Assembly: GCA_035461175.1 (NCBI GenBank)
Contig: DATHVR010000151.1
Span: 5,971 to 69,970, forward strand
Direction of reading: 5' to 3'
Length of the DNA: 64,000 nt
Source of the DNA: Acidimicrobiia bacterium
GTDB taxonomy: Bacteria > Actinomycetota > Acidimicrobiia > Spongiisociales > ZC4RG35
Shown here: one piece after another, positions 1-9,901 of the stretch
How the letters are laid out: every line of letters begins with the position of its first letter
Numbering within the stretch: the first letter of the stretch is position 1
Notes under the pieces: model-generated
Database searches by the model: none
Seen by the model: only the letters and a program-made list of their open reading frames with translations
What the model was told of the DNA's origin: nothing
Translations under genes and position numbers: made by a program

Positions 1-594
1 AGCCCGGAGCTCCTGGTGAGAAGAAGCGGCGACCGTTTCCAGTCCCTTGTGCTGGCCGGCTCGACACCGAGCTACTCCGATCCGACCCGCGACACGGCCG
101 CCGCCCGGGCACTCCTCGAATCGGACAAGGATCGGTGGGAACACGAGCTGTCGGTCAGATCGGTACGCCAGGCAATGGCTCCCTTCACCGCCGAAGCGGA
201 CATCGCCGACCAACCGGAGATTCTGCGCCTCGACAACGTCCAGCACCTCGCCACCGCCGTCACCGCCCGCGTCCTCGACGGCCACGACGCGCTGACGCTG
301 GCGGCTGCCCTACATCCAACTGCTGCCGTCGGCGGGACACCCACCGCGGCCGCCGTTTCCACCATTGCCGAACTGGAGGGTATGGACCGGGGTCGATACA
401 CCGGCCCCGTCGGGTGGACAGACACCCGCGGCGACGGTGAGTTCGCCATCGCCTTGCGCTGTGCCGAGATATCCGGGGCCCGGGCGCGATTGTTCGCGGG
501 GGCGGGGATCGTGGCGGACTCGCTGCCCGAGTCGGAACTCGACGAAACCCGCGTCAAGCTGGCAGCCATGATGGGGGCCCTGGACGCGGTCTAG
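1..594 (+). CDS. menF: Isochorismate synthase (chorismate-binding enzyme), C-terminal fragment running off the window start
   Basis: C-terminal chorismate-binding motifs (GGTP...LE, RGxYTGPVGW, GDGEFAIALRCA, ARLFAGAGIV). The frame is open from nt 1. Lies next to menD and menC. Confidence 0.65.
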   Translation, partial: SPELLVRRSGDRFQSLVLAGSTPSYSDPTRDTAAARALLESDKDRWEHELSVRSVRQAMAPFTAEADIADQPEILRLDNVQHLATAVTARVLDGHDALTLAAALHPTAAVGGTPTAAAVSTIAELEGMDRGRYTGPVGWTDTRGDGEFAIALRCAEISGARARLFAGAGIVADSLPESELDETRVKLAAMMGALDAV

Positions 595-2291
595 CCGGGC
601 GGAGTAAGCGAGGCGAGGGCCTCGTCGACCACCCGGGCCAGGCGCTGATGTTCGACGACGTTGGCGTCGCGCTCGCTTTCGACCACCACCAGCGCCCCTC
701 CCTCGGCCTCCCACCCCTTGGCCACCGCTCCCTCCAGCGAAGCGGCGTCGCCGGCGGAATGATGCTCGAGCTGGTGGAACTCGGCCAGCAGATCCAGCCG
801 CCGCCCTGGGGGCGTCGCGAACAGGCGCTCGAAATCCCCCCCAGCGTGGCGGGCCTGGGGAAGAAACGAGAAGATCCCGCCCCCACCGTTGTCGATCACG
901 ACGAATACACACGGGGGCCGCGGTCGGCACAGGAACCCGTTGGAGTCATATAGCAACGAGAGGTCGCCGCTGAGGGCGAGCGTGCGAAACCCGCCCCCGG
1001 CCACGCCCAGGGCGGTCGAGACCAGCCCATCGATCCCCGATGCCCCCCGGTTCGCCACGATGGGCGGCACCTCGAAGGCGTAGTTCTCGACATCTCGAAT
1101 CGGCATCGACGACGCCACCACCATCCGCTCGGCGGGCAGTCGGCCGGTGATTGCGGCCACGGCCGGCTCGGTGAGACCACCGGCCAGTTCCGGCTCTAGA
1201 GACCGGCGCAAGGCGGAATCCGCCGTCTTCCACCATTGCATCCACTCCCCCGCCTCCCGGGCCTCGACCCGGGCCGCCAGCCCGGCGGCGACGGCGGCGG
1301 GATCACCGTCCACGATGAGATCGGCCACCCGGCCCGGGTCGGACCATGTGGGAGCGACCACGATCTGGCGGGCGGGCCCGGAAACCAGGTCGATCATGTT
1401 GCGTGAAGGGCCCGGCCCGCCGAAGCGGAGCACCACTTCCGGCCGGACCCGGCCCGCCAGGTGATGGCCGGTCGCCAGAGCGGTACTTCCTCGCAGACCG
1501 GACTCGGCTGTGGCCAGGACCGGCCACCCCAATACTTCACCCAGGTCGGCTATCGCCCTCTTCCCGGCCACGCCGGCACCCGCCACCACCACCCCCCGCT
1601 CCACCCCAGAGACGGCGTCGGCCACCGTGGCGACCACCTCCGGATCCGGCGACCGAGCCCGGGCCACAGTGGTCCAGGGCCGCCCGTCCCTACCCGGCTC
1701 GTCATACGGATAAGGCTCGACCCGGCTACGACCGTCGTCCGCGACCGGAACGGTCGGCTCGCGGAACGCCAGATTGAACTGAACGGGGCCCGGCCGCGAC
1801 CCGAAGCCGGCCGCCTTCCCCAGGCCTTGAGCCACCATCGACCGCCACCATCGCGGTGCATCCGGATGTGACTCGCCCGGGCCGAGATCGAGCACGAAGC
1901 GGATCGAGCCTCCGAAGATGCCCACCTGATCGATGGTCTGGTTGGCCCCCACTCCGCGCAACTCGGCCGGACGATCGGATGAGAGCACGATCAGCGGGGT
2001 GGCGGAGAGGTCGGCTTCCACCACGGCCGGCAACAGGTTGGCCACGGCGGTGCCCGAGGTGGTGAGCACGGCGGCGGGCCGGCCGCTCGCCTTGGCCCAT
2101 CCCAGGGCGTGGAAAGCGGCGGAACGTTCGTCGAGGGCAACGACCAGATCGAGATCGGGAGCCTGAGCCGCCGCCAGCGCCAGCGCGGTCGACCGCGAAC
2201 CGGGTGCCGCCACGACGCGGCCGACGCCACCACGGGCCAACTCGTCGACGACGATGCGGGCGAGGGCGGTGGACGGATTGGGATAGCTCAT
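591..2291 (-). CDS. menD: 2-succinyl-5-enolpyruvyl-6-hydroxy-3-cyclohexene-1-carboxylate synthase (ThDP-dependent)
   Basis: Inside the 831-aa ORF, the sequence from MSYPNPSTALARIVVDEL onward has MenD-like ThDP N-terminal and GDLS...NGGGGIF C-terminal motifs. The long Arg/Gly-rich N-terminal extension is judged to be non-coding read-through. Start ATG at 2289-2291 overlaps the menC stop (ATGA). Confidence 0.8.
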   Translation of the reverse strand: MSYPNPSTALARIVVDELARGGVGRVVAAPGSRSTALALAAAQAPDLDLVVALDERSAAFHALGWAKASGRPAAVLTTSGTAVANLLPAVVEADLSATPLIVLSSDRPAELRGVGANQTIDQVGIFGGSIRFVLDLGPGESHPDAPRWWRSMVAQGLGKAAGFGSRPGPVQFNLAFREPTVPVADDGRSRVEPYPYDEPGRDGRPWTTVARARSPDPEVVATVADAVSGVERGVVVAGAGVAGKRAIADLGEVLGWPVLATAESGLRGSTALATGHHLAGRVRPEVVLRFGGPGPSRNMIDLVSGPARQIVVAPTWSDPGRVADLIVDGDPAAVAAGLAARVEAREAGEWMQWWKTADSALRRSLEPELAGGLTEPAVAAITGRLPAERMVVASSMPIRDVENYAFEVPPIVANRGASGIDGLVSTALGVAGGGFRTLALSGDLSLLYDSNGFLCRPRPPCVFVVIDNGGGGIFSFLPQARHAGGDFERLFATPPGRRLDLLAEFHQLEHHSAGDAASLEGAVAKGWEAEGGALVVVESERDANVVEHQRLARVVDEALASLTPPG

Positions 2292-3247
2292 GTCAACAGT
2301 TCCGCCGCCGCCCGCACCCGCCGCAGCATCTCGCCGGCCTGTTCCCGTCCGGGGTGATAACGCTCGAGCAGTTCGGGGAGGGGTTCGGGCCGGCGCACTT
2401 CCAGCCATCCTTCCCGGGGAAGGAGCGGCTCGTCGACCACGTCGCCGTCCAGAAGGGCCACCGTTCCCAGGCCGCAGGCGTACTCGAGTTCCGGCAGGGC
2501 GGCGGCGGCGGCCAGGCCGGCTGCCATTCCGACCGAGGTCTCGAGTGCCGATGAGACAACCACGGGCAGCCCGGCCCGTGCGGCCAGATCGAGAGTACGT
2601 TGTACTCCACCCAGAGGCTGGACCTTGAGCACCAGCAGGTCGGCCGCTCCCGCCTCCACCACCTCGAGCGGGTCGAGGGCGGTACGAACCGATTCGTCGG
2701 CGGCGATGGGGACCGCCACCGAGTCCCGCACCTGGCGCATCTCGTCCAGCGACGCCACCGGCTGCTCCACGTACTCGAGACCAAACGTGGCGAGCGCCTC
2801 GATACGGGCAACGGCCGTGCTGACATCCCAGGCGCCGTTGGCATCGATCCGGATCCGGCCCTTCGGTCCGAGAGCCCGTCGCACCGCTTCCAACCGGGCC
2901 ATGTCGGCCAGATCGTCCTGGCCGGGTTCGGCGACCTTCACCTTGGCCGTGGTGCTGGCGGATTCGGCCACGATCTCGGCCGCCACCGTCGGGTCGACGG
3001 CGGGGACCGTCACGTTGACGGGAATCCGCCTTCGAAGCGGATCGGGCAGCACGCTGCAGGCGGACTCCAGAGCCGACGCCAGCCACCGGGCCGTCACCTC
3101 GGGCGGATACTCGCGGAACGGTGAGAACTCGCCCCAGCCGGCCGGCCCTCGCACCAGCACCGCCTCCCGGTGATCGATGCGGCGAAATCGGTGGCGCATG
3201 GGAAGCCGGACCGGATGCAGTTCGAACGAATCGAGAACCGGGCTCAT
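2288..3247 (-). CDS. menC: o-succinylbenzoate synthase (enolase superfamily)
   Basis: From MSPVLDSFELHPVRLPMRHRF onward; motifs KVKV and RIDANGAWD match the mandelate-racemase/muconate-lactonising-enzyme fold. Start ATG at 3245-3247 overlaps the stop of the cytochrome c ORF (ATGA). Confidence 0.75.
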   Translation of the reverse strand: MSPVLDSFELHPVRLPMRHRFRRIDHREAVLVRGPAGWGEFSPFREYPPEVTARWLASALESACSVLPDPLRRRIPVNVTVPAVDPTVAAEIVAESASTTAKVKVAEPGQDDLADMARLEAVRRALGPKGRIRIDANGAWDVSTAVARIEALATFGLEYVEQPVASLDEMRQVRDSVAVPIAADESVRTALDPLEVVEAGAADLLVLKVQPLGGVQRTLDLAARAGLPVVVSSALETSVGMAAGLAAAAALPELEYACGLGTVALLDGDVVDEPLLPREGWLEVRRPEPLPELLERYHPGREQAGEMLRRVRAAAELLT

Positions 3248-3549
3248 GTACCCGCCTGAACCAGACGTAGATAGTCGACGACGCGCCTGATCTGGCCCTC
3301 CGACAGGGTTCGCGCGAACGAAGGCATTCGGCCGCGGCCGTGGGTGATGGCGTCGATCAGGAAGTCGTCGCTTCGCTCTGCTGCCTCGCCTTCCGGGCCT
3401 AGGGCCGGACCCAGCCCACCGCTCATGTCGGGGGCGTGGCAACGGGCGCACACCTGGAGGTAGATCTCCTCTCCAGAAGCGTCCTCGGCGGGGCCGCCAC
3501 AAGCGACGACCACGAGGGCGACGCCGAACATGATCCACATGAGTCGCAT
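3244..3549 (-). CDS. Small c-type cytochrome, probable lipoprotein/secreted
   Basis: Single CARCH haem-binding motif, a distal Met in RMPSF, and a hydrophobic N-terminus with VVACGG lipobox-like cysteine. Translationally coupled to menC. Confidence 0.65.
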   Translation of the reverse strand: MRLMWIMFGVALVVVACGGPAEDASGEEIYLQVCARCHAPDMSGGLGPALGPEGEAAERSDDFLIDAITHGRGRMPSFARTLSEGQIRRVVDYLRLVQAGT

Positions 3550-3594
3550 CTGGCACCATGCTATGAGGCTCGGGCACCCCCAAAGTCAGCCGGC

Positions 3595-4644
3595 TCACTC
3601 CTCGGGTCGAATGGAAGAAAACCAGGCCGCCGCCGCCCGCACATCCTGAGCCCGTCTCCGATCCATCACCAGGACCGCCTCCGGAGTCTCCACGACCACC
3701 ACGTCGGAGAGACCGATCACCGCCACCGGCTTCGATTCGGCGCGGAGATACGACCGCTCGACGTCGTGGGAGAAGACGGGACCCTCGGCCACGGTGTCGC
3801 TCTCGGGGGCGGCCACCTCCCATAGGGCCTGCCAGGAACCGACATCGCTCCACCCGGCATCGAGAGGGACGGCACGACCACGGTCGGTGTGTTCCATCAC
3901 GGCGTGGTCGATAGAGATCGAGGGGGCAGCCGAAAAGGCCCGGCCCAGCCGGACCAGGCCGTCATCGCGCTGAGCCTCTTCGACCGCCCGTCGCGCCGCG
4001 GCCTCCACTTCCGGTGCCCAGCGCCGCAACTCCTCCAGCATCACATCGGCCGTGAAGACGAACATTCCCGAGTTCCACAGGTACCCAGAATCCACGTAGG
4101 TTCGGGCGGTCTCCTCATCCGGCTTCTCGACGAAGCGGATCAGAGGGGCGGTCCCATCCCGGACCTCGCCCACCTCCAGATAGCCGAATCCGGTGTCGGC
4201 TCGGGTGGGGACGATTCCGAAGGTGACGATCGATCCCTGAGCGGCGGCGCCGGCAGCGATGGCGAGGCTGCGCCGGAACCGCTCGACGTCGCCGATCACG
4301 TGGTCGGCGGGCAGTACTGCCATCACCGTCCCGGGTTCCAGGAGATGGGCGGCGGCTGCCACCGCCGGGGCAGTGTTACGGCCCTCGGGCTCGATGACGA
4401 TCGACGACGGCGGCGTCCCGGTCGCCGCCAGCTGGACCGCGATCATCTCGGCCTGGGCCTCATTACATACGACCACCGGAGGGCGCCCCTCCTCGAGACC
4501 GGCGCTGCGTAGGGCGGTGTCCTGGATCATCGTCCGGTCCCCGACGAGTGCCTGCAGCTGCTTGGGGCGGTGAGGAAGTGACAGCGGCCACAGCCGGGTG
4601 CCGCTGCCTCCCGACAGAATCACGGGTACGAGCGGGGCAGGCAT
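3595..4644 (-). CDS. manC: Mannose-1-phosphate guanylyltransferase (GDP-mannose pyrophosphorylase) family
   Basis: From [22 protein letters not shown]...PKQ onward (nucleotidyltransferase signature) plus a C-terminal beta-helix region. The ORF's upstream extension is judged non-coding. Start ATG at 4642-4644 overlaps the upstream stop (TGATG). Confidence 0.7.
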   Translation of the reverse strand: MPAPLVPVILSGGSGTRLWPLSLPHRPKQLQALVGDRTMIQDTALRSAGLEEGRPPVVVCNEAQAEMIAVQLAATGTPPSSIVIEPEGRNTAPAVAAAAHLLEPGTVMAVLPADHVIGDVERFRRSLAIAAGAAAQGSIVTFGIVPTRADTGFGYLEVGEVRDGTAPLIRFVEKPDEETARTYVDSGYLWNSGMFVFTADVMLEELRRWAPEVEAAARRAVEEAQRDDGLVRLGRAFSAAPSISIDHAVMEHTDRGRAVPLDAGWSDVGSWQALWEVAAPESDTVAEGPVFSHDVERSYLRAESKPVAVIGLSDVVVVETPEAVLVMDRRRAQDVRAAAAWFSSIRPEE

Positions 4645-5186
4645 CAACGTTCCTCTTTCGCATACAGGTCGCGCAGCCGAAGGTAGGTCTGCATCCCCGA
4701 GCGCTGCCGTTCGATCTCGTCGGCTGTCAGTTCGCGAAGGGGTCGGGCCGGGGTGCCGACGGCCAGCGTCCAGGCCGGGATGCGCCGGCCTTCGGGAAGC
4801 ACGGAACCGGCCGCCAGCCAGGCACCTTGCTCCAGCACCGACCCGTTGAGAGCCAACGCTCCGATCCCGACCAGACACTCGTCACCGACCTCGGCGCCAT
4901 GGACGACGGCGGAATGACCCACGGTGGTTCGCGCTCCAATCCGGGCCGGGAAGCCGGTGTCGCAGTGGACCACCACGTTGTCCTGGATATTGGTCTCGGG
5001 GCCTACCTCGACCTGATCCTCCTCGGCGCGCAGCACCGCACCGAAGAGGACGACGGCACCGGCCCCGATCCGCACCGCGCCCCGCACGATGGCATTGGGG
5101 GCAACGAATGCTCCCGGCTCGATGACGGGAGCGGCGATGCCGCTCACTCTTCCAGGCCGATCGACACGTGTCCGCACTCCAGGCAC
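4644..5186 (-). CDS. Gamma-carbonic-anhydrase / hexapeptide-repeat (LbH) family protein
   Basis: Left-handed beta-helix repeats ([15 protein letters not shown]...[12 protein letters not shown]) resemble gamma-CA/PaaY/YrdA proteins. The real start may be the in-frame GTG near 5147. Confidence 0.65.
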   Translation of the reverse strand: MPGVRTRVDRPGRVSGIAAPVIEPGAFVAPNAIVRGAVRIGAGAVVLFGAVLRAEEDQVEVGPETNIQDNVVVHCDTGFPARIGARTTVGHSAVVHGAEVGDECLVGIGALALNGSVLEQGAWLAAGSVLPEGRRIPAWTLAVGTPARPLRELTADEIERQRSGMQTYLRLRDLYAKEER

Positions 5187-6745
5187 ACCTTCCTGGTGAT
5201 GCCGACCACGGTCGTGCTCTCGACGTAGCTGTGCTCGTGGACCCCCTTCTTTCGCGAGAACATCGACCGCATGCTGGCGCGCAGGCCACTCGTCTCGGCG
5301 GGATGGTGGCCGTCGCCGTAGGCGCCGACCATGGCCGGCTGCCGCCTGCGACCGCCTCCCCCATTGCGTTCGGACTCAGGTGCCGCCCCGGATTCGGGCT
5401 CGGGATCCGGCTCCGTTTCCGGCTCGGACCGACTGACCGGCTCCGGTTCGGTTTCGGGCTCGGGCTCGGGCTCGGATCGACTGACCGCCTCGGGATGCGG
5501 TTCCGGCTCGGACCGAGCGACCGGCGCTGGTCCAGGTTCCGGCTCCGGCTCCGGCTCGGACCGACTGACCGGCTCCGGCTCCGGCTCCGGTTCCGGCTCG
5601 GGCCGACTGACCGGCTCGTACTCCGGATCCAGCTCGGGTTCCGCTTCCAACCCAGGCGCCGGCTCCGGCCGCGGCTCCGACTCGGACACGGGGTCGGGTT
5701 TCGGCTCGCTCCGCTCTGGTGGGGACGGCGACTCCACCTCGGCGACACCTTCGAGGGAGGTGGCTTCCTCGGGGGCGGAAGCGGCGGCCGGCTCATCGGG
5801 GTCGATCGGTCGGCGCTGGGCGGGACTTCCCGCGCCCGGCCCGGCGGGACGGAGGCGAGGCCGTCGACGGAGCGTGGCGGGGGGCTCGGCCGGTGGTTCC
5901 TCGGACCCCGGCGTGGGCTCAGCGGTCTCCGTCTTCGCGGCGAAGGGCTCGGCGGGCTCAGCCGGAGCCGGTGGCATGACCTCGTCTGCCTGGGCCTCGT
6001 CGGGAACAGGTCCCTCGTCGCCCGTACGTCGGTGGGCGGGGCGCCGGATCTGGGGACGTTTGGGCAGGGCGTCGAGACGCTTCATCTTCCCTATCACCGC
6101 CGCTACCTCGGAGGTGTCGAGCCTGTCATCGTCGGCAGACCGTCCCGCTTCGATCGGCGTCGGCGTCTCGTCGGAAGAGGTCACCTCTTCGGTGTAAACG
6201 CGTTCCGGGGCAGATTGGGCGTCGAACGGGCCGGCAGCCGCGGCCGCCTCGACCTTGGCCCAGAAGCCGCCGGTGGGCTCGGCGGCGGCGGCCGGCTCCG
6301 ACTCCTCCGGCGTCTCGACCGGTTCCTGTTGTGCTACCTCGGCCGGAGGTGGAAGCGGTCGATTCAGCTCGGCCTTCGCCTTCCCGAACGCCCGGTGCAC
6401 TTCGGCCAGGCGGGAGGGTTCATTCTCTCGGCGGGCCGATGCGACCGCCCGCTTGCGGGAGAGGACGTTCATCGAGTGGAAGCGGGCCCAACCTTCGGCC
6501 ATCGCCTGGACGGCCCCGTAGGCGAAATTCACCTGGTCGTCGGCCAGGAAGGTGATCACCTCACCCTGGAGGTCGATCTGGAACTCGTTGGCTACGACCC
6601 TCTCGGCAACCACGTCGGCCAGGCACCAACTGCCCAGCGCCTCGTCTCCCGACATCAGGCGGACATGGGTGTCCGACACCTCGACATAGACGTCGAGATC
6701 GGCTCCCTTCGTCTCCTCGATCCGGATCCGGCCGTGATACCGCAA
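5144..6745 (-). CDS. Hypothetical protein: folded N-terminal ~130 aa, ~350-aa Pro/Glu-rich disordered repeat region, C-terminal HxH...CxxC tail
   Basis: Minus-strand frame gives a plausible globular N-terminus, (EP)n-VSRS repeats, and a C-terminal [24 protein letters not shown]. The opposite-strand ORFs across this region are Gly/Ser/Arg-rich and look like junk. The start is uncertain. Confidence 0.5.
   Translation of the reverse strand: MRYHGRIRIEETKGADLDVYVEVSDTHVRLMSGDEALGSWCLADVVAERVVANEFQIDLQGEVITFLADDQVNFAYGAVQAMAEGWARFHSMNVLSRKRAVASARRENEPSRLAEVHRAFGKAKAELNRPLPPPAEVAQQEPVETPEESEPAAAAEPTGGFWAKVEAAAAAGPFDAQSAPERVYTEEVTSSDETPTPIEAGRSADDDRLDTSEVAAVIGKMKRLDALPKRPQIRRPAHRRTGDEGPVPDEAQADEVMPPAPAEPAEPFAAKTETAEPTPGSEEPPAEPPATLRRRPRLRPAGPGAGSPAQRRPIDPDEPAAASAPEEATSLEGVAEVESPSPPERSEPKPDPVSESEPRPEPAPGLEAEPELDPEYEPVSRPEPEPEPEPEPVSRSEPEPEPEPGPAPVARSEPEPHPEAVSRSEPEPEPETEPEPVSRSEPETEPDPEPESGAAPESERNGGGGRRRQPAMVGAYGDGHHPAETSGLRASMRSMFSRKKGVHEHSYVESTTVVGITRKVCLECGHVSIGLEE
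5380..5650. repeat. Tandem ~42-48 nt coding repeats (GGCTCCGGCTCCGG...GACCGACTGACC units)
   Basis: Repeated units are visible directly in the DNA. They encode [12 protein letters not shown] repeats in the minus-strand ORF. Confidence 0.7.
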
Positions 6746-6834
6746 CTTACCCCTTTCCTACCTGCCGTCCTGACTGGGCCGACACGGCGTAAGGCATCAT
6801 CGGCGCTCGAAGAGCCGGACTCAACAGTTACGCC

Positions 6835-9663
6835 TCACATGTACTCGTCCATGGGAGGGCAGGTGCAGACAAGGTTACGGTCTCCTCCGGCGGCATCGAG
6901 CCGTCCGATGGGAGGCCAGTACTTGTCTTGCTCCAACTCCTCGAGCGGGTAGGCGGCCAGCCGGGCCGGATACGGACGATCCCATTCTCCGATCAGGTCG
7001 GCGGCCGGGTGAGGAGCGTTGTGGAGAGGATTGTCGTCCCGGGGCCACTCCCCCGCTTCGATCCGGTCGATCTCTCCCTTGATGGCGATCATCGCCCGGC
7101 AGAACCGGTCGAGTTCGTACAGCGACTCCGACTCGGTCGGCTCGACCATCAGCGTCCCGGCCACGGGGAAGGCAACCGTGGGGGCGTGGAATCCGTAGTC
7201 GGCCAGCCGTTTGGCCACGTCCTCGGCGGTGACACCGGTGCGGTGGGTGATGGCCCTCAGATCGAGGATGCACTCGTGCGCCACCCGACCCCCGGGACCC
7301 GTGTACAGAACCGGGAAGTGAGGATCGAGCCGGGCGGCGACATAGTTCGCCGCCACGATCGCCCCTTCGGTGGCAGCCTTGAGACCCTCGGCACCCATCA
7401 GCCGGATGTACACCCACGGTATGGGCAGGATTCCCGGTGATCCCCAGGGCGCAGCCGAGATCGGCCCGATTCCGGTCTCGGGCCCGGCCTCGGGCGCCAG
7501 TGGGTGATTGGGCAGGAACGGCGCCAGATGGGACATCGCCCCCACCGGGCCGACTCCCGGGCCGCCACCGCCATGGGGGATCGTGAATGTCTTGTGCAGG
7601 TTGAGATGGCCGATGTCGGCCCCGAAGTCCCCCGGCCGGGCCAGGCCGACGAGGGCGTTCAGGTTGGCTCCGTCGACATAGACCTGGCCGCCCCGAGCGT
7701 GGATGATCTCGCACAACTTGACGATCCCGGGCTCGAACACCCCGTGAGTCGACGGATAGGTGATCATGGCCGCGGCCAGGCGTTTCGAGTGGGCGTCGGC
7801 TTTGGCCTCGAGATCCACCAGATCGACGTTGCCGTGATCGTCGGTGGCCACCACTACCACCGCCATCCCGGCCATCGTCGCCGAGGCGGCGTTGGTGCCG
7901 TGGGCAGATTGGGGGATCAGGCAAACCACCCGCTGGTCATCTCCCCGGCTGCGGTGGTAGGCACGGATGGCGAGGAGACCGGTCAGTTCGCCCTGCGAAC
8001 CGGCGTTGGGCTGGAGGGTGATGGCGTCGTAGCCGGTGAGTTCGGCCAGATACTCCTCCAGCTCGGTGATCATCGCCAGATAACCCTCGGCCTGGTCGAG
8101 AGGCACGAAAGGATGGAGCTCGGTGAACTCGGGCCACGTCATCGGGATCATCTCGGTAGTGGCGTTGAGCTTCATCGTGCACGATCCGAGCGGGATCATC
8201 GAACGATCCAGGGCCAGGTCGCGATCGGCCATGCGGCGCAGGTACCGAAGCATCTCGTGCTCGGTCTGAAAGCGGTGGAACATCGGATGCTCGAGGAAGG
8301 GCGTAGTTCGACGTCGATCGGACGGGATGCCATCTGCGGCCCTTTCGTCGTTCTCTCCGCCCCCGAAGGCAGCCAGCACTCCGGAGACCACGGTCGGCGA
8401 TGACGTCTCGTCGATAGAGATCCCGACGCGCGAGTCGTCGACCCGGCGCAGATTGATTCCCCGTTCCCGCGCCGCCGCAATCACCGTGTCGGCCGAGCAC
8501 CGGACGGTGAGGGTGTCGAAGAATGTCTCGTTCTCGACCTCGACCCCCTCGATCATCTCCAGACCTGCCGCCAGCCGGCCCGTTAGTTCGTTGACGCGGT
8601 GAGCGATGCCAGCGAGACCCTCGGGGCCGTGCCACTGGGCGTAGAGGGCGGCCACCACCGCCAGGAGGACCTGAGCCGTGCAGACATTGGAGGTGGCCCG
8701 TTCCCGTCGGATGTGCTGTTCACGAGTTTGCAGGCTGAGGCGGTATCCGGTGCGACCGGCCGGATCTCTGGCCACGCCCACCAGGCGACCCGGGAGGGCC
8801 CTGACATGACCCTCTCGAACGGCGATGAATCCGGCGTGGGGGCCGCCGAAAGCCATCGGCACGCCGAAGCGCTGGGTCGAGCCCACGGCGATGTCGGCTC
8901 CCAGTGCGCCCACCGGCTCCAGCAACACCGAAGCGAGCAGGTCGGTGGCCGCCACGACGATGCCGCCGGCAGCGTGTACGGCCTCGGCGATATTGGCCAG
9001 ATCCCCCAGCAGGCCACTCGAACCGGGATACTGGACGAGGACTCCGACGACGCCCTCCATCTCGTCGAGATGTTCCGCCACGTCGACCACCTCGACCGGG
9101 ATTCCCATCCCTTCGGCCCGGGTCTCCAACACGGCGACGGTCTGTGGATGGCAGTCCCGGTCGATCAGGAAGCGACCTTCGCGGCGGGTGATGCGAGGCG
9201 CCATGGCCATTGCCTCGGCGGCGGCCGTGCCCTCGTCGAGGAGCGACGAATTGGCGATCTCGAGGCCGGTCAGGTCGGCAACCATGGTCTGGAAATTGAG
9301 CAGGACCTCGAGGCGGCCCTGGGAGATCTCAGCCTGATAGGGGGTGTAGGCGGTGTACCAGGCCGGATTCTCGATGACGTTGCGCAGGATCACGGGCGGG
9401 GTGACGGTGCCGTAGTAACCCATCCCGATCAACGACTTGTGGCGCCGGTTGCGTCCGGCATGGCCCCGCAGGACCGCGAGCACCTCCTCCTCGCCGAGCG
9501 CGGCGGGCAGGTCGAGGGGCCGGCGCTCGAGGATGCGGTCGGGTACCGCCTCGTCGATCAGTTCATCGACGGTCTCGACCCCGAGAACGGGCAACACCTG
9601 TTCGAGGTCGTCGGGCTGGAGCCCGAGGTGGCGGTGGACGAATTGCTGGGCGGTCATGGGCAC
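6835..9663 (-). CDS. gcvP: Glycine dehydrogenase (decarboxylating), glycine cleavage system P protein
   Basis: 942-aa single-chain GcvP with typical N-terminus ([12 protein letters not shown]..., [19 protein letters not shown]) and PLP-dependent regions. Confidence 0.95.
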   Translation of the reverse strand: MPMTAQQFVHRHLGLQPDDLEQVLPVLGVETVDELIDEAVPDRILERRPLDLPAALGEEEVLAVLRGHAGRNRRHKSLIGMGYYGTVTPPVILRNVIENPAWYTAYTPYQAEISQGRLEVLLNFQTMVADLTGLEIANSSLLDEGTAAAEAMAMAPRITRREGRFLIDRDCHPQTVAVLETRAEGMGIPVEVVDVAEHLDEMEGVVGVLVQYPGSSGLLGDLANIAEAVHAAGGIVVAATDLLASVLLEPVGALGADIAVGSTQRFGVPMAFGGPHAGFIAVREGHVRALPGRLVGVARDPAGRTGYRLSLQTREQHIRRERATSNVCTAQVLLAVVAALYAQWHGPEGLAGIAHRVNELTGRLAAGLEMIEGVEVENETFFDTLTVRCSADTVIAAARERGINLRRVDDSRVGISIDETSSPTVVSGVLAAFGGGENDERAADGIPSDRRRTTPFLEHPMFHRFQTEHEMLRYLRRMADRDLALDRSMIPLGSCTMKLNATTEMIPMTWPEFTELHPFVPLDQAEGYLAMITELEEYLAELTGYDAITLQPNAGSQGELTGLLAIRAYHRSRGDDQRVVCLIPQSAHGTNAASATMAGMAVVVVATDDHGNVDLVDLEAKADAHSKRLAAAMITYPSTHGVFEPGIVKLCEIIHARGGQVYVDGANLNALVGLARPGDFGADIGHLNLHKTFTIPHGGGGPGVGPVGAMSHLAPFLPNHPLAPEAGPETGIGPISAAPWGSPGILPIPWVYIRLMGAEGLKAATEGAIVAANYVAARLDPHFPVLYTGPGGRVAHECILDLRAITHRTGVTAEDVAKRLADYGFHAPTVAFPVAGTLMVEPTESESLYELDRFCRAMIAIKGEIDRIEAGEWPRDDNPLHNAPHPAADLIGEWDRPYPARLAAYPLEELEQDKYWPPIGRLDAAGGDRNLVCTCPPMDEYM

Positions 9664-9825
9664 TCCATAACTCCGGAACTCCGGAGACCGGTGACATTGT
9701 CACCGCTGTCGAAGCCTCCAGCGGCGCCTCCGTCGGACGGTCCTGGTGCCTGAGAGTTTCCGCCTTGCGGCGTTGCCCCTTCGGCGTCCCGGCTGATGGG
9801 ACTCTCCCGTCCGAGATCCTCAGCT
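9664..9825 (-). promoter_or_regulatory. Glycine riboswitch in the gcvP leader (one clear aptamer plus a degenerate second)
   Basis: Minus-strand sense reads GGGAGAGUCCC...CGCCGAAGGGGCAACGCCGC...AAACUCUCAGGCACCAGGACCG, which matches the glycine aptamer core, followed by CUGGAGGC...CACCGGUCUCCGGAG. Located immediately upstream of the gcvP ATG. Confidence 0.7.
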
Positions 9826-9901
9826 CGCCCCATCTTATCCCCGGGGTGGAGATGACACCGGTGAGATCGACCTCCCGCATCCGGGCCATACACTTGCGCC
9901 G

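Noticed and set aside
591-3086. Long N-terminal extensions of the menD ORF (831 aa); likewise for menC, manC, herA, the second dynamin-like GTPase and the FAD oxidoreductase
   Set aside because: The extensions are Arg/Gly/Pro-rich with no conserved motifs. The conserved protein N-termini coincide with internal ATG/GTG codons that overlap upstream stop codons.
5168-6952. 594-aa plus-strand ORF (and 5331-6197) across the repeat region
   Set aside because: It is Gly/Ser/Arg-rich and antisense to a better-supported minus-strand gene with distinct N- and C-terminal domains. It looks like a typical high-GC antisense open frame.
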